This document shows positions 19,475 through 27,905 of a DNA stretch of 64,000 bases, one piece after another (the stretch's first letter is position 1; each line of letters opens with the position of its first letter). A program made the position numbers and the translations under genes. The stretch lies in the NCBI GenBank assembly GCA_964540825.1, contig CAZINT010000002.1, positions 64,477 to 128,476 of the forward strand, given 5' to 3'. The notes under the pieces were generated by a model. That model had not been told where the DNA came from. It did not search any database and worked only from the letters and a program-made list of their open reading frames with translations. This DNA comes from an uncultured Gammaproteobacteria bacterium (GTDB lineage Bacteria; Patescibacteriota; Patescibacteriia; Magasanikbacterales; GWA2-37-8).

Positions 19475-19924
19475 ATGAACCGACTCGGAAACTTCCTCGC
19501 CGCAGCCGCCCTCACACTGCCCCTGTTCGGGTGCTACAACCCGGACCTGTCGTCGGGCAAGTTCCGTTGCGACAACAGCGCGCGCAGCTGCCCCGACGGG
19601 CAGGTGTGCTTGCCGTTCGCGAACCAGGGCCTGTTCTGCGTCAAGCCCCAGGAGTGCTGGCAGACGATGCTCGACTGCCAGCGCACGTGCCGCGACAGCG
19701 CCTGTTCGGCGATCTGCCGCAACATGGCGGTCAACGTGCAGAGCACGAGGATCGCCTTCAGCGTCTTCGCCGGCTGCATCGAGCAGCAGTGCCAGGGCAC
19801 CGCCCAGGGCAGCTCCAGCTGCGGGCCCGAGGCTGACGACCTGTCCTGCATCACCTGCATCCAGGACGTCTCGGCGGCCGGCGGCGCCTGCGCGGCCCAG
19901 GCCAAGACCTGCCTCACGAACTAG
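19475..19924 (+). CDS. Cys-rich secreted lipoprotein (149 aa) encoded in a GC-rich island (about 68% GC)
   Basis: signal peptide MNRLGNFLAAAALTLPLFGC with lipobox L-F-G-C; about 20 Cys in the mature part; strong GC3 codon bias unlike neighbouring genes; SD upstream. Confidence 0.7.
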   Translation: MNRLGNFLAAAALTLPLFGCYNPDLSSGKFRCDNSARSCPDGQVCLPFANQGLFCVKPQECWQTMLDCQRTCRDSACSAICRNMAVNVQSTRIAFSVFAGCIEQQCQGTAQGSSSCGPEADDLSCITCIQDVSAAGGACAAQAKTCLTN

Positions 19925-19950
19925 CCGCCCTCGCGCCGCGAGTTCGCCCC

Positions 19951-19980
19951 GGCGCACGACTCACCCTCGTGCGCCTTTAT
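19951..19980 (+). terminator. GC-rich hairpin terminator after the lipoprotein gene (first of two tandem hairpins)
   Basis: GGCGCACGA-ctcaccc-TCGTGCGCC followed by TTTAT. Confidence 0.6.
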
Positions 19981-19982
19981 CT

Positions 19983-20013
19983 AGAAGAGCTTAATGCATA
20001 GGCTCTTCTTTTA
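19983..20013 (+). terminator. second tandem terminator hairpin
   Basis: AGAAGAGC-12 nt-GCTCTTCT followed by TTTT. Confidence 0.6.
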
Positions 20014-20049
20014 GTTAAGGTCGCTTAATATTCACCTCACCCCCAAAAT

Positions 20050-21039
20050 ATGCTAGACTACTGGCATATGCAAAAATCTTCTACACCACTATTCAAACAC
20101 ATTCCTAATTTTCTTGATTACTGCGAAGTAGAAAAGGGCCTCTCCCCTACAACTACCAAAAATTATTACAACTTCCTCAAAATGTTTAAGGACTGGCTGG
20201 CTGACCAGTCCCTCACCAACCTTAAACCTCACGAACTCACGGCCGAACATATCTGGAATTACCGCCTCTACCTGTCGCGTAAAAAGGATAAAAAGACTAA
20301 TCAGCCCATCAAAAAAACCACCCAGAACTACTACCTTATCGCCTTGCGCAATCTGATGGCGTATTTTGCGACGCGGGATATCGTAGCCTTGCCAAGTGAC
20401 AAAATTCAACTCCCCAAATTAACTGAAAAAGAAAAACGAATTAAGTTCCTCAACTACGACCAGGTCAAAAAACTCATGACCATGCCGGATATGTCGACGA
20501 TCGAAGGCGTCCGAGATCGGGCAATCCTTGAGGTCCTCTTCTCTACCGGCATGCGTATCTCGGAGTTAACGTCGCTTAATATACGCCTCTTCGATATCCG
20601 CAATATTGTCGCTAAAAAAATTAAAGATTTGGAAATCAGTATTGCCGGTAAAGGCGGGTCGGTCCGCACCGTGTACTTCTCTACCGAAGCCCTTAATTGG
20701 CTCGGTAATTACCTTAAAACCCGCGTAAGCGACATGTACCCTCCCCTCTTTATTAACTACGCCAAAGCTCAAAAAGGCAGTGCTGAGCGTCGCCTGACCA
20801 CCCGCTCAATAGAGCGTGCTGTTAGGCGTTATGCTGGCATGGCCGGCCTCCCGGTTGACGCTACCCCGCATACCCTGCGCCACAGCTTCGCCACTGACCT
20901 TCTCGACCAGGGGGCGGACATGCGTTCGGTGCAGGAACTCTTGGGGCACAAAAATATTGTCACCACGCAGATTTATACGCATGTGACCAATAAAAAATTG
21001 CATGATGTACATGCAAAGTTTCATCGGGGGAATAAATAA
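20050..21039 (+). CDS. tyrosine site-specific recombinase, XerC/XerD family
   Basis: catalytic R (GMRISEL), H-x-x-R (HTLRHSFAT), H (LLGH), Y (TQIYTHV); C-terminal GADMRSVQELLGH...TTQIYTHV is typical of Xer recombinases. Confidence 0.85.
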   Translation: MLDYWHMQKSSTPLFKHIPNFLDYCEVEKGLSPTTTKNYYNFLKMFKDWLADQSLTNLKPHELTAEHIWNYRLYLSRKKDKKTNQPIKKTTQNYYLIALRNLMAYFATRDIVALPSDKIQLPKLTEKEKRIKFLNYDQVKKLMTMPDMSTIEGVRDRAILEVLFSTGMRISELTSLNIRLFDIRNIVAKKIKDLEISIAGKGGSVRTVYFSTEALNWLGNYLKTRVSDMYPPLFINYAKAQKGSAERRLTTRSIERAVRRYAGMAGLPVDATPHTLRHSFATDLLDQGADMRSVQELLGHKNIVTTQIYTHVTNKKLHDVHAKFHRGNK

Positions 21040-21044
21040 TTTGT

Positions 21045-21626
21045 ATGGAAGAAACTATTGTCTACTTTGTTCGGCATGCTAAGGCGCCATTTAGCCTAAA
21101 AAACTACCACGACAGGAGTTTGTCGGTTGAAGGCGAAGCAGCCGCTAAAAATCTGGTCAAAATTTTTGATTCTGTACCTGTTGATGTATTTGTTTCAAGT
21201 TCAAGTCCCCGAGCGGTTGAAACCATAAACCCCATTGCTTTGGCTAAAGGTAAGCCTATCGAAATGCACGACGAGCTGCGCGAGCTGCTCTTGCGAGGAT
21301 CTCAAACATTTATCGAGGAAGACAAAATTGAAGCTGAGATAGAAAAAGTTTTTGCTGATGAAAATTATAAATTAGTTGGAGGTGAAAGTGCTGCAGAAGT
21401 ACTTGGGCGTGGCCTACCTATTTTTCAAAAAATACTTGAGCAGCATGCAGGTAAATCTATTATTTTAGGAACACATGGTATCATTATGACCCTGCTACTA
21501 CAGAGTTTTGACTCAAGTACAGGGTTTAATTTTTGGAAAAAGACTACGAAGCCCGATGTGTATCGGGCGGTGTTTAGCGAAGGGAGAATGAAACAATTAG
21601 ATAGGTTTTTTAAGCAAGTAATTTAA
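21045..21626 (+). CDS. histidine phosphatase family protein (phosphoglycerate mutase-like / SixA-like)
   Basis: N-terminal VYFVRHAKA (RHG-type catalytic motif variant), later GTHG. Confidence 0.7.
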   Translation: MEETIVYFVRHAKAPFSLKNYHDRSLSVEGEAAAKNLVKIFDSVPVDVFVSSSSPRAVETINPIALAKGKPIEMHDELRELLLRGSQTFIEEDKIEAEIEKVFADENYKLVGGESAAEVLGRGLPIFQKILEQHAGKSIILGTHGIIMTLLLQSFDSSTGFNFWKKTTKPDVYRAVFSEGRMKQLDRFFKQVI

Positions 21627-21639
21627 TTTAAAAAACAAA

Positions 21640-21658
21640 AACGGTAACTTTTACCGTT
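21640..21658. terminator. bidirectional rho-independent terminator
   Basis: AAAAACAAAAACGGTAActtTTACCGTTTTTG; A-run and T-run flank an 8-bp stem. Confidence 0.8.
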
Positions 21659-21745
21659 TTTGAAAATAATTGCGATTCGCATTTGGTCTTGAACGCAATA
21701 AAGTCTCGAGTTAAAGCATCTAGTCCTCTTGCTCTAATAACTTAA

Positions 21746-21833
21746 TTATTTTTTTTTCTTCCTTGGCATTTTAATTTCACCTCCTTTCTTCTTAAGAAGA
21801 AACTAATATACCATATATACTTTTGTCAATCAA
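21746..21833 (-). other. compact unit on the minus strand just downstream of the AKR gene: promoter-like sequence, 18-bp perfect palindrome, strong SD, 7-codon ORF (MPRKKKK)
   Basis: -35 TTGATT, 17-nt spacer, extended -10 TGgTATATT; palindrome TTTCTTCTTAAGAAGAAA (21785-21802); SD AGGAGGTG 8 nt before ATG 21769; ORF ATG CCA AGG AAG AAA AAA AAA TAA ends 21746; the bidirectional terminator at 21640 lies about 100 nt downstream. Confidence 0.35.
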
Positions 21834-21847
21834 TCCATAATTTTATT

Positions 21848-22675
21848 TTAACCCAACTCACTCGGATCCCAGCACGTCCTAAAATCCTCATTCAAAGCAT
21901 CTAATCTCGCCATTTCCTCACCCGTCAACTCAAAATCAAACACCGCCAAGTTCTCCCCTATCCTCTCGGGGTTCGTTGACTTCGGCAAGATAATATTCCC
22001 ATGCTGGAGGCTCCAGCGGAGCATGACTTGGGCATTCGATTTACCATGTGCCTCGGCAATAGCGGTAATTACCTTATCTTTCTGACGTTCGCCGTGCGCG
22101 AGCGGGCTGTAGGCTTCGAGGGCAATATTGTTGCTTGCACAGTACTCAAGCAATTCTTTTTGATATAAAAATGGATGAAATTCTACCTGGTTCACCATAG
22201 GCATTACCTTCGCATACGTTTTCATTTCTTCAAGGTGTTTGATGGTGTAGTTCGATACGCCAATCGCCCGGCATTTCCCTGCCTGGTAGATTTCTTCGAG
22301 TGCTCGCCAGCTCTCTTGCCGGGTGCGCGGTTCTGGCCAGTGAATAATATACAGGTCAAGATAATCGAGCCCCAGTGCTTCTTTAGATTTTTCAAATGCA
22401 TCGAAGGCTTTTTCATAGCCCTGGTCCCCATTCCAGAGTTTGGTAGTTACGAAAATTTCGCTGCGTGGTACGCCGCTTTCCTGAATAGCCTCCCCTACCT
22501 CGCGTTCATTGCCATAAATCTTGGCCGTGTCGATATGGCGATACCCGGCGGCCAGGGCGGCAAGAACAGCATTTTTGACTTTGCTGCCTGTCGCCTTCCA
22601 GGTGCCCAGGGCAACAACGGGAATTTCGACGTTATTTGCTAGTTTTTTCTGGTGGTTCATACGGTTCGCGTTCAT
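21848..22675 (-). CDS. aldo/keto reductase (2,5-diketo-D-gluconate reductase-like)
   Basis: LGTWKATGS, AGYRHIDTAKIYGNE, IIHWPEP, GVSNY motifs of the AKR superfamily. Confidence 0.9.
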   Translation of the reverse strand: MNANRMNHQKKLANNVEIPVVALGTWKATGSKVKNAVLAALAAGYRHIDTAKIYGNEREVGEAIQESGVPRSEIFVTTKLWNGDQGYEKAFDAFEKSKEALGLDYLDLYIIHWPEPRTRQESWRALEEIYQAGKCRAIGVSNYTIKHLEEMKTYAKVMPMVNQVEFHPFLYQKELLEYCASNNIALEAYSPLAHGERQKDKVITAIAEAHGKSNAQVMLRWSLQHGNIILPKSTNPERIGENLAVFDFELTGEEMARLDALNEDFRTCWDPSELG

Positions 22676-23090
22676 TAATTAACCACATTAAACGATCATA
22701 CTGCTCCCCTGTCAAATGTGCTGGTGATATGCTCAGCAGGTCCTCCAATTCTCCCATTTCACGTTCTTCTTGTTCGGTTAAATGAGGGTGATACCATTCT
22801 TTAGGGCCTTGCGTTTTAGCATCATTAATGGCTTTGATTTCAGCCTGTGCTTGTTTTTGCAGCAAATCATTTCGAGCTTCATCAAGCGGATTTTCAGGCG
22901 TAAAAGCACCATGCTCGCGTGCTAAAAATTTTTCTACAAGAATATCAAGTTCTGCCTGCTCATGCGGCTGCAATTCTACCCCTTTTTTCCATATGGCAAC
23001 TATACGCTCTTTAAGTGGAACAAGGTCATTCTCGTGGGAAGCAACGTTTTCTTCAGGGTTTTTGAAAAACCGGGATTCTGTTGAGCGCAT
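22632..23090 (-). CDS. hypothetical protein (152 aa, acidic)
   Basis: ORF in operon context; N-terminal FKNPEENV resembles the ENP-EN motif of the two paralogues below. Confidence 0.5.
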   Translation of the reverse strand: MRSTESRFFKNPEENVASHENDLVPLKERIVAIWKKGVELQPHEQAELDILVEKFLAREHGAFTPENPLDEARNDLLQKQAQAEIKAINDAKTQGPKEWYHPHLTEQEEREMGELEDLLSISPAHLTGEQYDRLMWLINEREPYEPPEKTSK

Positions 23091-23105
23091 AAACGGAAAT
23101 TAATT

Positions 23106-23534
23106 CTATCGCAAGTAGGTATTATTCGGATTATTGCTTTTCCTGTCAAGGCTGATTTTTTCGTAGGTCGCTTTCCCCATTGGAGTATGCAATACCGTCC
23201 TAAAAGTATGGTGCTCAATTTTACCATTAACCACCAATTCAAAGCCTTTATCAACAAACTCCAGCAGCTCGGGATCAGTTATGAGTGCTCCATTCTTAAA
23301 ATTATACGCTTCAATTAACGCTGCAAGGCGCTCTATTTCACCTAAAACAGCAACCTGTCCATTTGGCTGGGTCACAACAGCGGTTCCATTGATAGATTCA
23401 ATATAGCGAGCTAATTGTGTTTGGGGGTTGAGCGATTCTTTAGTTTCTTTAGGGATTGCTGTATCCGCTTTTTTTAAAGCCGTAGAAGAAACTATTTCAC
23501 CTACAAAATTTTCATCCGGGTTTTCTACTGACAT
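23106..23534 (-). CDS. hypothetical small protein, paralogue 1 of a local family
   Basis: N-terminal MSVENPDENFVGEIVSSTALKKA and C-terminal TVLHTPMG shared with the 24909-25316 product. Confidence 0.55.
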   Translation of the reverse strand: MSVENPDENFVGEIVSSTALKKADTAIPKETKESLNPQTQLARYIESINGTAVVTQPNGQVAVLGEIERLAALIEAYNFKNGALITDPELLEFVDKGFELVVNGKIEHHTFRTVLHTPMGKATYEKISLDRKSNNPNNTYLR

Positions 23535-23543
23535 ACAAAAAGA

Positions 23544-24899
23544 TTAGCGTGGATCAAAGACCGATTTTTCAAGCTTGGGATATGTCAAAAACTGAGAAAT
23601 GCGTTTACCCCCGTACACAGACGACAAAATACCGACCCCGTTACAGCCTAAGTTGTACATAAGTACCGGGTTTTTGGGTTCAGGCCCAATAACGCGGAGG
23701 CCCGTTGGCGTATACCCCATCAGCCCGTGCCACTGAAAGAGGTAATCAATATTTTCGTGCGGGGCGTACTGATAACTGCTGCGGATGAAGGCATCAAGTT
23801 CGCGTTTAGCGCTTTCTGGGTAAACATGCTCTTCCCGGTGGTACATGCCTTTGAGTTCGAGGTCGCCTTCCGGTCCTCCAATGCAAATAAGGTTCTCTTC
23901 ACCTTTCTCTTTGTGAATAAACCGGCGGCGGGTGAAATAGTAATACGGCGTTTCTTCATTAATTCCCGGATTAGAAAAATAACTGATAGCCACCGGTTTA
24001 TGATCAGCGTGCTCGAGGTAGGCCGACATATACCCCACTTTGGCATTCACACAGCTATGGAATGAAGCGTTTACATCTTCACCGCCTTCGTAGTTGGTAA
24101 TCGTAAAATTTTCGAATCCATTGGTGCAAAGAACAACGCGCTTGGCCGTAACTTCGGCATCGTTAATTTTTAAAAGAGCATTTGTTGGTGAAAGTTTAAT
24201 TTCTTCGACCGGGCTGTGCTCATAGACGGCGAAACGATCCGGGTACGCGCCAAGCAAATATTCAATAATATCCTCGCAAAATAAGGCACTGTTAAGACAG
24301 CCTTTTTTGGAGGCAAGTGCCCCGATATAACGCGTGTCGTTGGTTTCCAAAATTTTCAGAATATACTCTTGCTCAACTATCGCATATAAACCTTCGAATT
24401 CTGATGAAATATTTTCTACTACCCCGGGCAGGCGCGCTACCAACACTTCCTCTACGCGGAGCCCTGCTTCGCGCTGATATTTAAGATTACGCAGGTGCAA
24501 ATTAAGCTGGTCAATACTTGAGCAACCGGCGTATCCGGTGCAAATACTGAGTGGTGTCGCGATTTTGGTTTCCGCAAAAACTTCTTCGAGCAAATCCCAC
24601 GAATGATAAATTGACTCTTGAGCTTTGGCTGCCATGGTAAGCCCATACTCCTTGACGAGATCGGCAAACGGGTGCTCAAAATAGCTGACAATTTGGCCGG
24701 CGTTATGCCCCGTAGCGCCATGCGCGACTTTGTATCCTTCGATAAGCGCAATTTTTTTAACGGTGTGTTTAAGCGCAAAGTACGCCGTACTTACTCCGGC
24801 AATTCCGGCTCCAACTATAGCAATATCTGTCGCAAAATTATGATCAATACGGCCATGTTCACGATTGAGTTTGAGCTGATGAATCCAAGGTGATTGCAT
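23544..24899 (-). CDS. FAD-dependent oxidoreductase (DAO family)
   Basis: Rossmann dinucleotide motif DIAIVGAGIAGVSTAY at N-terminus; HGATGHNAGQI; C-terminal G-rich FAD-binding segment LGCNGVG. Confidence 0.8.
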   Translation of the reverse strand: MQSPWIHQLKLNREHGRIDHNFATDIAIVGAGIAGVSTAYFALKHTVKKIALIEGYKVAHGATGHNAGQIVSYFEHPFADLVKEYGLTMAAKAQESIYHSWDLLEEVFAETKIATPLSICTGYAGCSSIDQLNLHLRNLKYQREAGLRVEEVLVARLPGVVENISSEFEGLYAIVEQEYILKILETNDTRYIGALASKKGCLNSALFCEDIIEYLLGAYPDRFAVYEHSPVEEIKLSPTNALLKINDAEVTAKRVVLCTNGFENFTITNYEGGEDVNASFHSCVNAKVGYMSAYLEHADHKPVAISYFSNPGINEETPYYYFTRRRFIHKEKGEENLICIGGPEGDLELKGMYHREEHVYPESAKRELDAFIRSSYQYAPHENIDYLFQWHGLMGYTPTGLRVIGPEPKNPVLMYNLGCNGVGILSSVYGGKRISQFLTYPKLEKSVFDPR

Positions 24900-24908
24900 A
24901 TGACAAAG

Positions 24909-25316
24909 TTAATCTCTAAGCGGCTGACGGCTAAAATGGATTTGATCGGTATAGGGATTTAAAAACAGCCCATATTGTATCAAGCCTCGGGGTGTATGCA
25001 CAGTGCAGGCAGGCCGTTCGTTTTTTACCCTATTTTTAATCGCCTCACTTGCCGACGCTTCTATGGCGGAGAGTTTGTGATACAGCGATAAAAAGGCATT
25101 ATCAAAATACTGGTACGCGGTTTCGTCAAGCGTAGTACCATTTTTTTCTTTAAGCAGCTCAATGGCCTGTTCAAACAGGGCATCGGCACTTTCTGCTGTT
25201 TCCCGTCCTTCACTGCTCGCTCGCGCCAAGGCACGCGGAGCTTTTTTAAATTGTTCTTCCGAAACAATTTCACCTGTAAATTCCTCTTCATTAAAAACGG
25301 GGTTTTCGGCTGTCAT
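24909..25316 (-). CDS. hypothetical small protein, paralogue 2 of a local family
   Basis: N-terminal MTAENPVFNEEEFTGEIVSEEQFKKA and C-terminal CTVHTPRG; see paralogue 1. Confidence 0.55.
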   Translation of the reverse strand: MTAENPVFNEEEFTGEIVSEEQFKKAPRALARASSEGRETAESADALFEQAIELLKEKNGTTLDETAYQYFDNAFLSLYHKLSAIEASASEAIKNRVKNERPACTVHTPRGLIQYGLFLNPYTDQIHFSRQPLRD

Positions 25317-25320
25317 ACAG

Positions 25321-25644
25321 TTATGCTGAAGCGGTAATAATGAGTTCTAAATTAGTATCATGAGTATGCAGCGAAAATACTTTTTTACTCCCGCCGACCC
25401 AGGCGCTAAAGTATACGGCTTCCCCGGCCAACTGCTTAGCTTGTGGCAAACTGCTTCGAAGCGACATTTGCTCTTGGTAGCTGGCAATACACTCCGTAAC
25501 TTCGCGCGGCGTCATGAAAGGACTTAATTTTTCTTGCATAAAAGCAAGCTTTTTTTCCTCAGAAATTTCAAAAAATTTTGCTTGAAATTTTTGCACAACA
25601 TGAGCGCTCGGCTCGCCATCCCACGCTGCCGATTCGTAGCTCAT
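25321..25644 (-). CDS. hypothetical small protein (107 aa), distantly related to the paralogue family
   Basis: contains FFEISEEKKLAF resembling the FxGEIVSEExxKKA motif; start overlaps ddl stop by 4 nt. Confidence 0.5.
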   Translation of the reverse strand: MSYESAAWDGEPSAHVVQKFQAKFFEISEEKKLAFMQEKLSPFMTPREVTECIASYQEQMSLRSSLPQAKQLAGEAVYFSAWVGGSKKVFSLHTHDTNLELIITASA

Positions 25645-26642
25645 AAACTGGCCAAAATGATGAGGTCCAGCATTTCACCAAAAGGTATACCCCCCTTTTG
25701 CGCTGCTTCGGGCAAAAGGCTCGTCGGCGTCATCCCCGGAATAGTATTGGTTTCGATTGCCCAGACCTTTTTTTGTTCATCGACAAACACATCGGTTCGA
25801 GACACGCCCTGGCACCAGAGTGCCCGGTGCGCCCGGATAGCAATTTCTTGAATTTTTTCATTTACCGCATCGTCAAAATCAGCGGGGCAAATATGCGTCG
25901 AACCGCCAGCCTTATACTTGGAAGTATAATCATAAAATTCCCCAAAGTTTGGCAAAATATGCGTTGGAGGCAGTGCAAAAGGCAAACCGCGCTTTTCAAG
26001 GACGCCGCAGGTGGCCTCACTCCCCCTAATATACCGCTGCACCATGAGAGAGTTAAATTTTTTGAGCACACGGCCAATGCCTGCTTCCAATTCAGCTTTA
26101 TTTTTAGGAATTAAGACGCCGACTGCCGAACCCTGGTCAACCGGCTTTATCACTACCGGAAAACCAAATTTGCCGGTTTGATCTAAAATATCTAGTTTAT
26201 TTTTAGTCCATTCCGCTTTGGTAAAAGCAACAAAATCCGGGGTTGGTATGCCGGCTGCTCGGTAGATATCGGCGGTACGTATTTTATTCATGGCAACACT
26301 GCTGGCAAGCGTTTTTGGACCCGTATATCGAATACCCAAAAGCTCTAATAATCCTTGCACGGTGCCGTCTTCACCGGGCGTTCCATGGAGAGCGATAAAC
26401 ATGACGTCAACAAACTTTCGATCTTTGTTAACAAGGTCAAGGAGGCGCTTTTTACCTGTATCCGGCACAAAAGCAAACTGACATTTTGGCGTCAGCACAA
26501 TACGCTTTACCGTATATTTTTTACGATCCAAATTTTTATAAACCGCCTCTCCGGTCACCAGGGAAATTGCTTGCTCGCTGGAAGGACCACCCATGAGAAC
26601 ACCGACAACTAATTTCTTTTTCATACTCAAAAACAAGGACAA
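25641..26642 (-). CDS. ddl: D-alanine--D-alanine ligase
   Basis: ATP-grasp fold; N-terminal KKKLVVGVLMGGPSSEQAISLVTG, C-terminal ETNTIPGMT motif. Confidence 0.9.
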   Translation of the reverse strand: MSLFLSMKKKLVVGVLMGGPSSEQAISLVTGEAVYKNLDRKKYTVKRIVLTPKCQFAFVPDTGKKRLLDLVNKDRKFVDVMFIALHGTPGEDGTVQGLLELLGIRYTGPKTLASSVAMNKIRTADIYRAAGIPTPDFVAFTKAEWTKNKLDILDQTGKFGFPVVIKPVDQGSAVGVLIPKNKAELEAGIGRVLKKFNSLMVQRYIRGSEATCGVLEKRGLPFALPPTHILPNFGEFYDYTSKYKAGGSTHICPADFDDAVNEKIQEIAIRAHRALWCQGVSRTDVFVDEQKKVWAIETNTIPGMTPTSLLPEAAQKGGIPFGEMLDLIILASL

Positions 26643-26656
26643 TTGATACGAACATT

Positions 26657-27886
26657 TTATTGATTCAAATAACCAAGCGGATCTACCGGAATACCGTTTA
26701 AGCGAACTTCAAAGTGCAGGTGCGCGCCTGTTGTAAATGGCCCGGCTCCAACTGTGCCGGGTGTCGCCCCAGACAAACCGATAATATCACCGGCCGTAAC
26801 GAACTGATCGGGGGCAACATCGATGCGGCTGAGGTGGCCATAGACCGTGGAAATATTACCCGTGTGGATGATGAGCACATACGCATAACACGACGCAGTC
26901 GTACATTTACGTGCTACGCCAACATACCCTGAAGCGGCGGCCCGTACGGGTGTGCCTTGAGGGTTGCGGATATCGATCGCGCTATGCTGAAAAACATTTT
27001 TAAAAGGATAGGTGGAGTCGTGAAAATAAGCCGTGATAAAATGACTGGTAGTTGGCCAGCTAAACGCCACATCGCCTTTAATCGGGATTTTGTTTTGCTC
27101 TTCTAATTTTTTGCGGACAGTGGCTTCATTGCTATTTATCTCTGCCTGTTCACTGGCATATTGCTTTTTCAGGCTGGAGAGCAGTGTTTGATATTTTTGT
27201 TCAGAGTTGCGGGTTTGTGAAAGAAGCGTTTGTTTGGCTCCGATTTGGTCTTCGAGAACGCCTTTTTTTTGAATAAGTTGTTTTTGTAAATCTTCGTAGG
27301 CAACCTTACGCTCAGTTACTTGTTTTTGCTTAGCATCGAGCTCTTCTTTACTGATGCGTACGTTTTTTACAGACTTTCCAAGATCGCTATACACATTTTG
27401 CAAATAGGTGAGCTGGCTAAAAAAGTCCGCAAAATTGCGATTGGTAAGCATGATCTCGAGATAATTCTTTTGATCGTCTTCTTGAATACTTTGAATCATT
27501 TTGCTGACCAGTGCCTTTTGACGATCCATTATAGCTTGTTTGCTTTTGATGGTGATATCAAGTGACTGGATTTCGAGTTTTGTTTCGTCAATTCGAGCCT
27601 GAGTTTGTTCTATATCTGCCTCCGCCTGGGCTACCCGATTGTCCAAAATGCTTAATTGATTCTTCAGCGAGGTTGCCTGAAGCTGTGTGGCTTCGATATT
27701 TTTCTTGTATTTATCAATAGTGCCATCGAGTTCTTTAATTTTTGCTTTTTGAGCAGCAATTTTATCATTTAAAGCCTTAATTTCTTCAGAAGTGTCGGCA
27801 TGCACAAAAGCAGCCTGAAAACCGATTCCGGCAATAATCACGAGGAGAAAGACGAAAAAAGATGCTAAATGTTTGGAAAACTTCAT
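26657..27886 (-). CDS. M23 family peptidoglycan DD-metallo-endopeptidase with long N-terminal coiled coil (EnvC-like)
   Basis: signal/TM N-terminus, about 250 aa coiled coil, C-terminal M23 motifs HSAIDIRNPQGTPVRAAASGYV and GAHLHFEV. Confidence 0.85.
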   Translation of the reverse strand: MKFSKHLASFFVFLLVIIAGIGFQAAFVHADTSEEIKALNDKIAAQKAKIKELDGTIDKYKKNIEATQLQATSLKNQLSILDNRVAQAEADIEQTQARIDETKLEIQSLDITIKSKQAIMDRQKALVSKMIQSIQEDDQKNYLEIMLTNRNFADFFSQLTYLQNVYSDLGKSVKNVRISKEELDAKQKQVTERKVAYEDLQKQLIQKKGVLEDQIGAKQTLLSQTRNSEQKYQTLLSSLKKQYASEQAEINSNEATVRKKLEEQNKIPIKGDVAFSWPTTSHFITAYFHDSTYPFKNVFQHSAIDIRNPQGTPVRAAASGYVGVARKCTTASCYAYVLIIHTGNISTVYGHLSRIDVAPDQFVTAGDIIGLSGATPGTVGAGPFTTGAHLHFEVRLNGIPVDPLGYLNQ

Positions 27887-27905
27887 GTTTTCCAGTATAG
27901 CATTT

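Noticed and set aside
19403-19957. Antisense and alternative-frame GC-rich ORFs overlapping the lipoprotein gene (19403-19957 minus, 19531-19836 plus, 19534-19917 minus)
   Set aside because: High-GC DNA yields long ORFs in all frames. Only the 19475-19924 frame has an SD, an ATG, a lipoprotein signal peptide and a terminator after its stop.
18979-21040. Integrated mobile element delimited by a tRNA or att repeats next to the tyrosine recombinase
   Set aside because: No tRNA gene (no GGTTCGAATCC-type T-arm) and no direct repeats bracketing the recombinase could be found by eye. The recombinase has XerC/D-type C-terminal motifs, consistent with the chromosomal dimer-resolution enzyme rather than a phage integrase. 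Left as a hypothesis inside the findings.
21626-21848. Treating the 21746-21833 mini-unit as the 5' leader of a downstream minus-strand gene
   Set aside because: The next feature downstream on that strand is a bidirectional terminator and then a plus-strand gene, so there is no gene for it to lead into. Kept as a stand-alone candidate.
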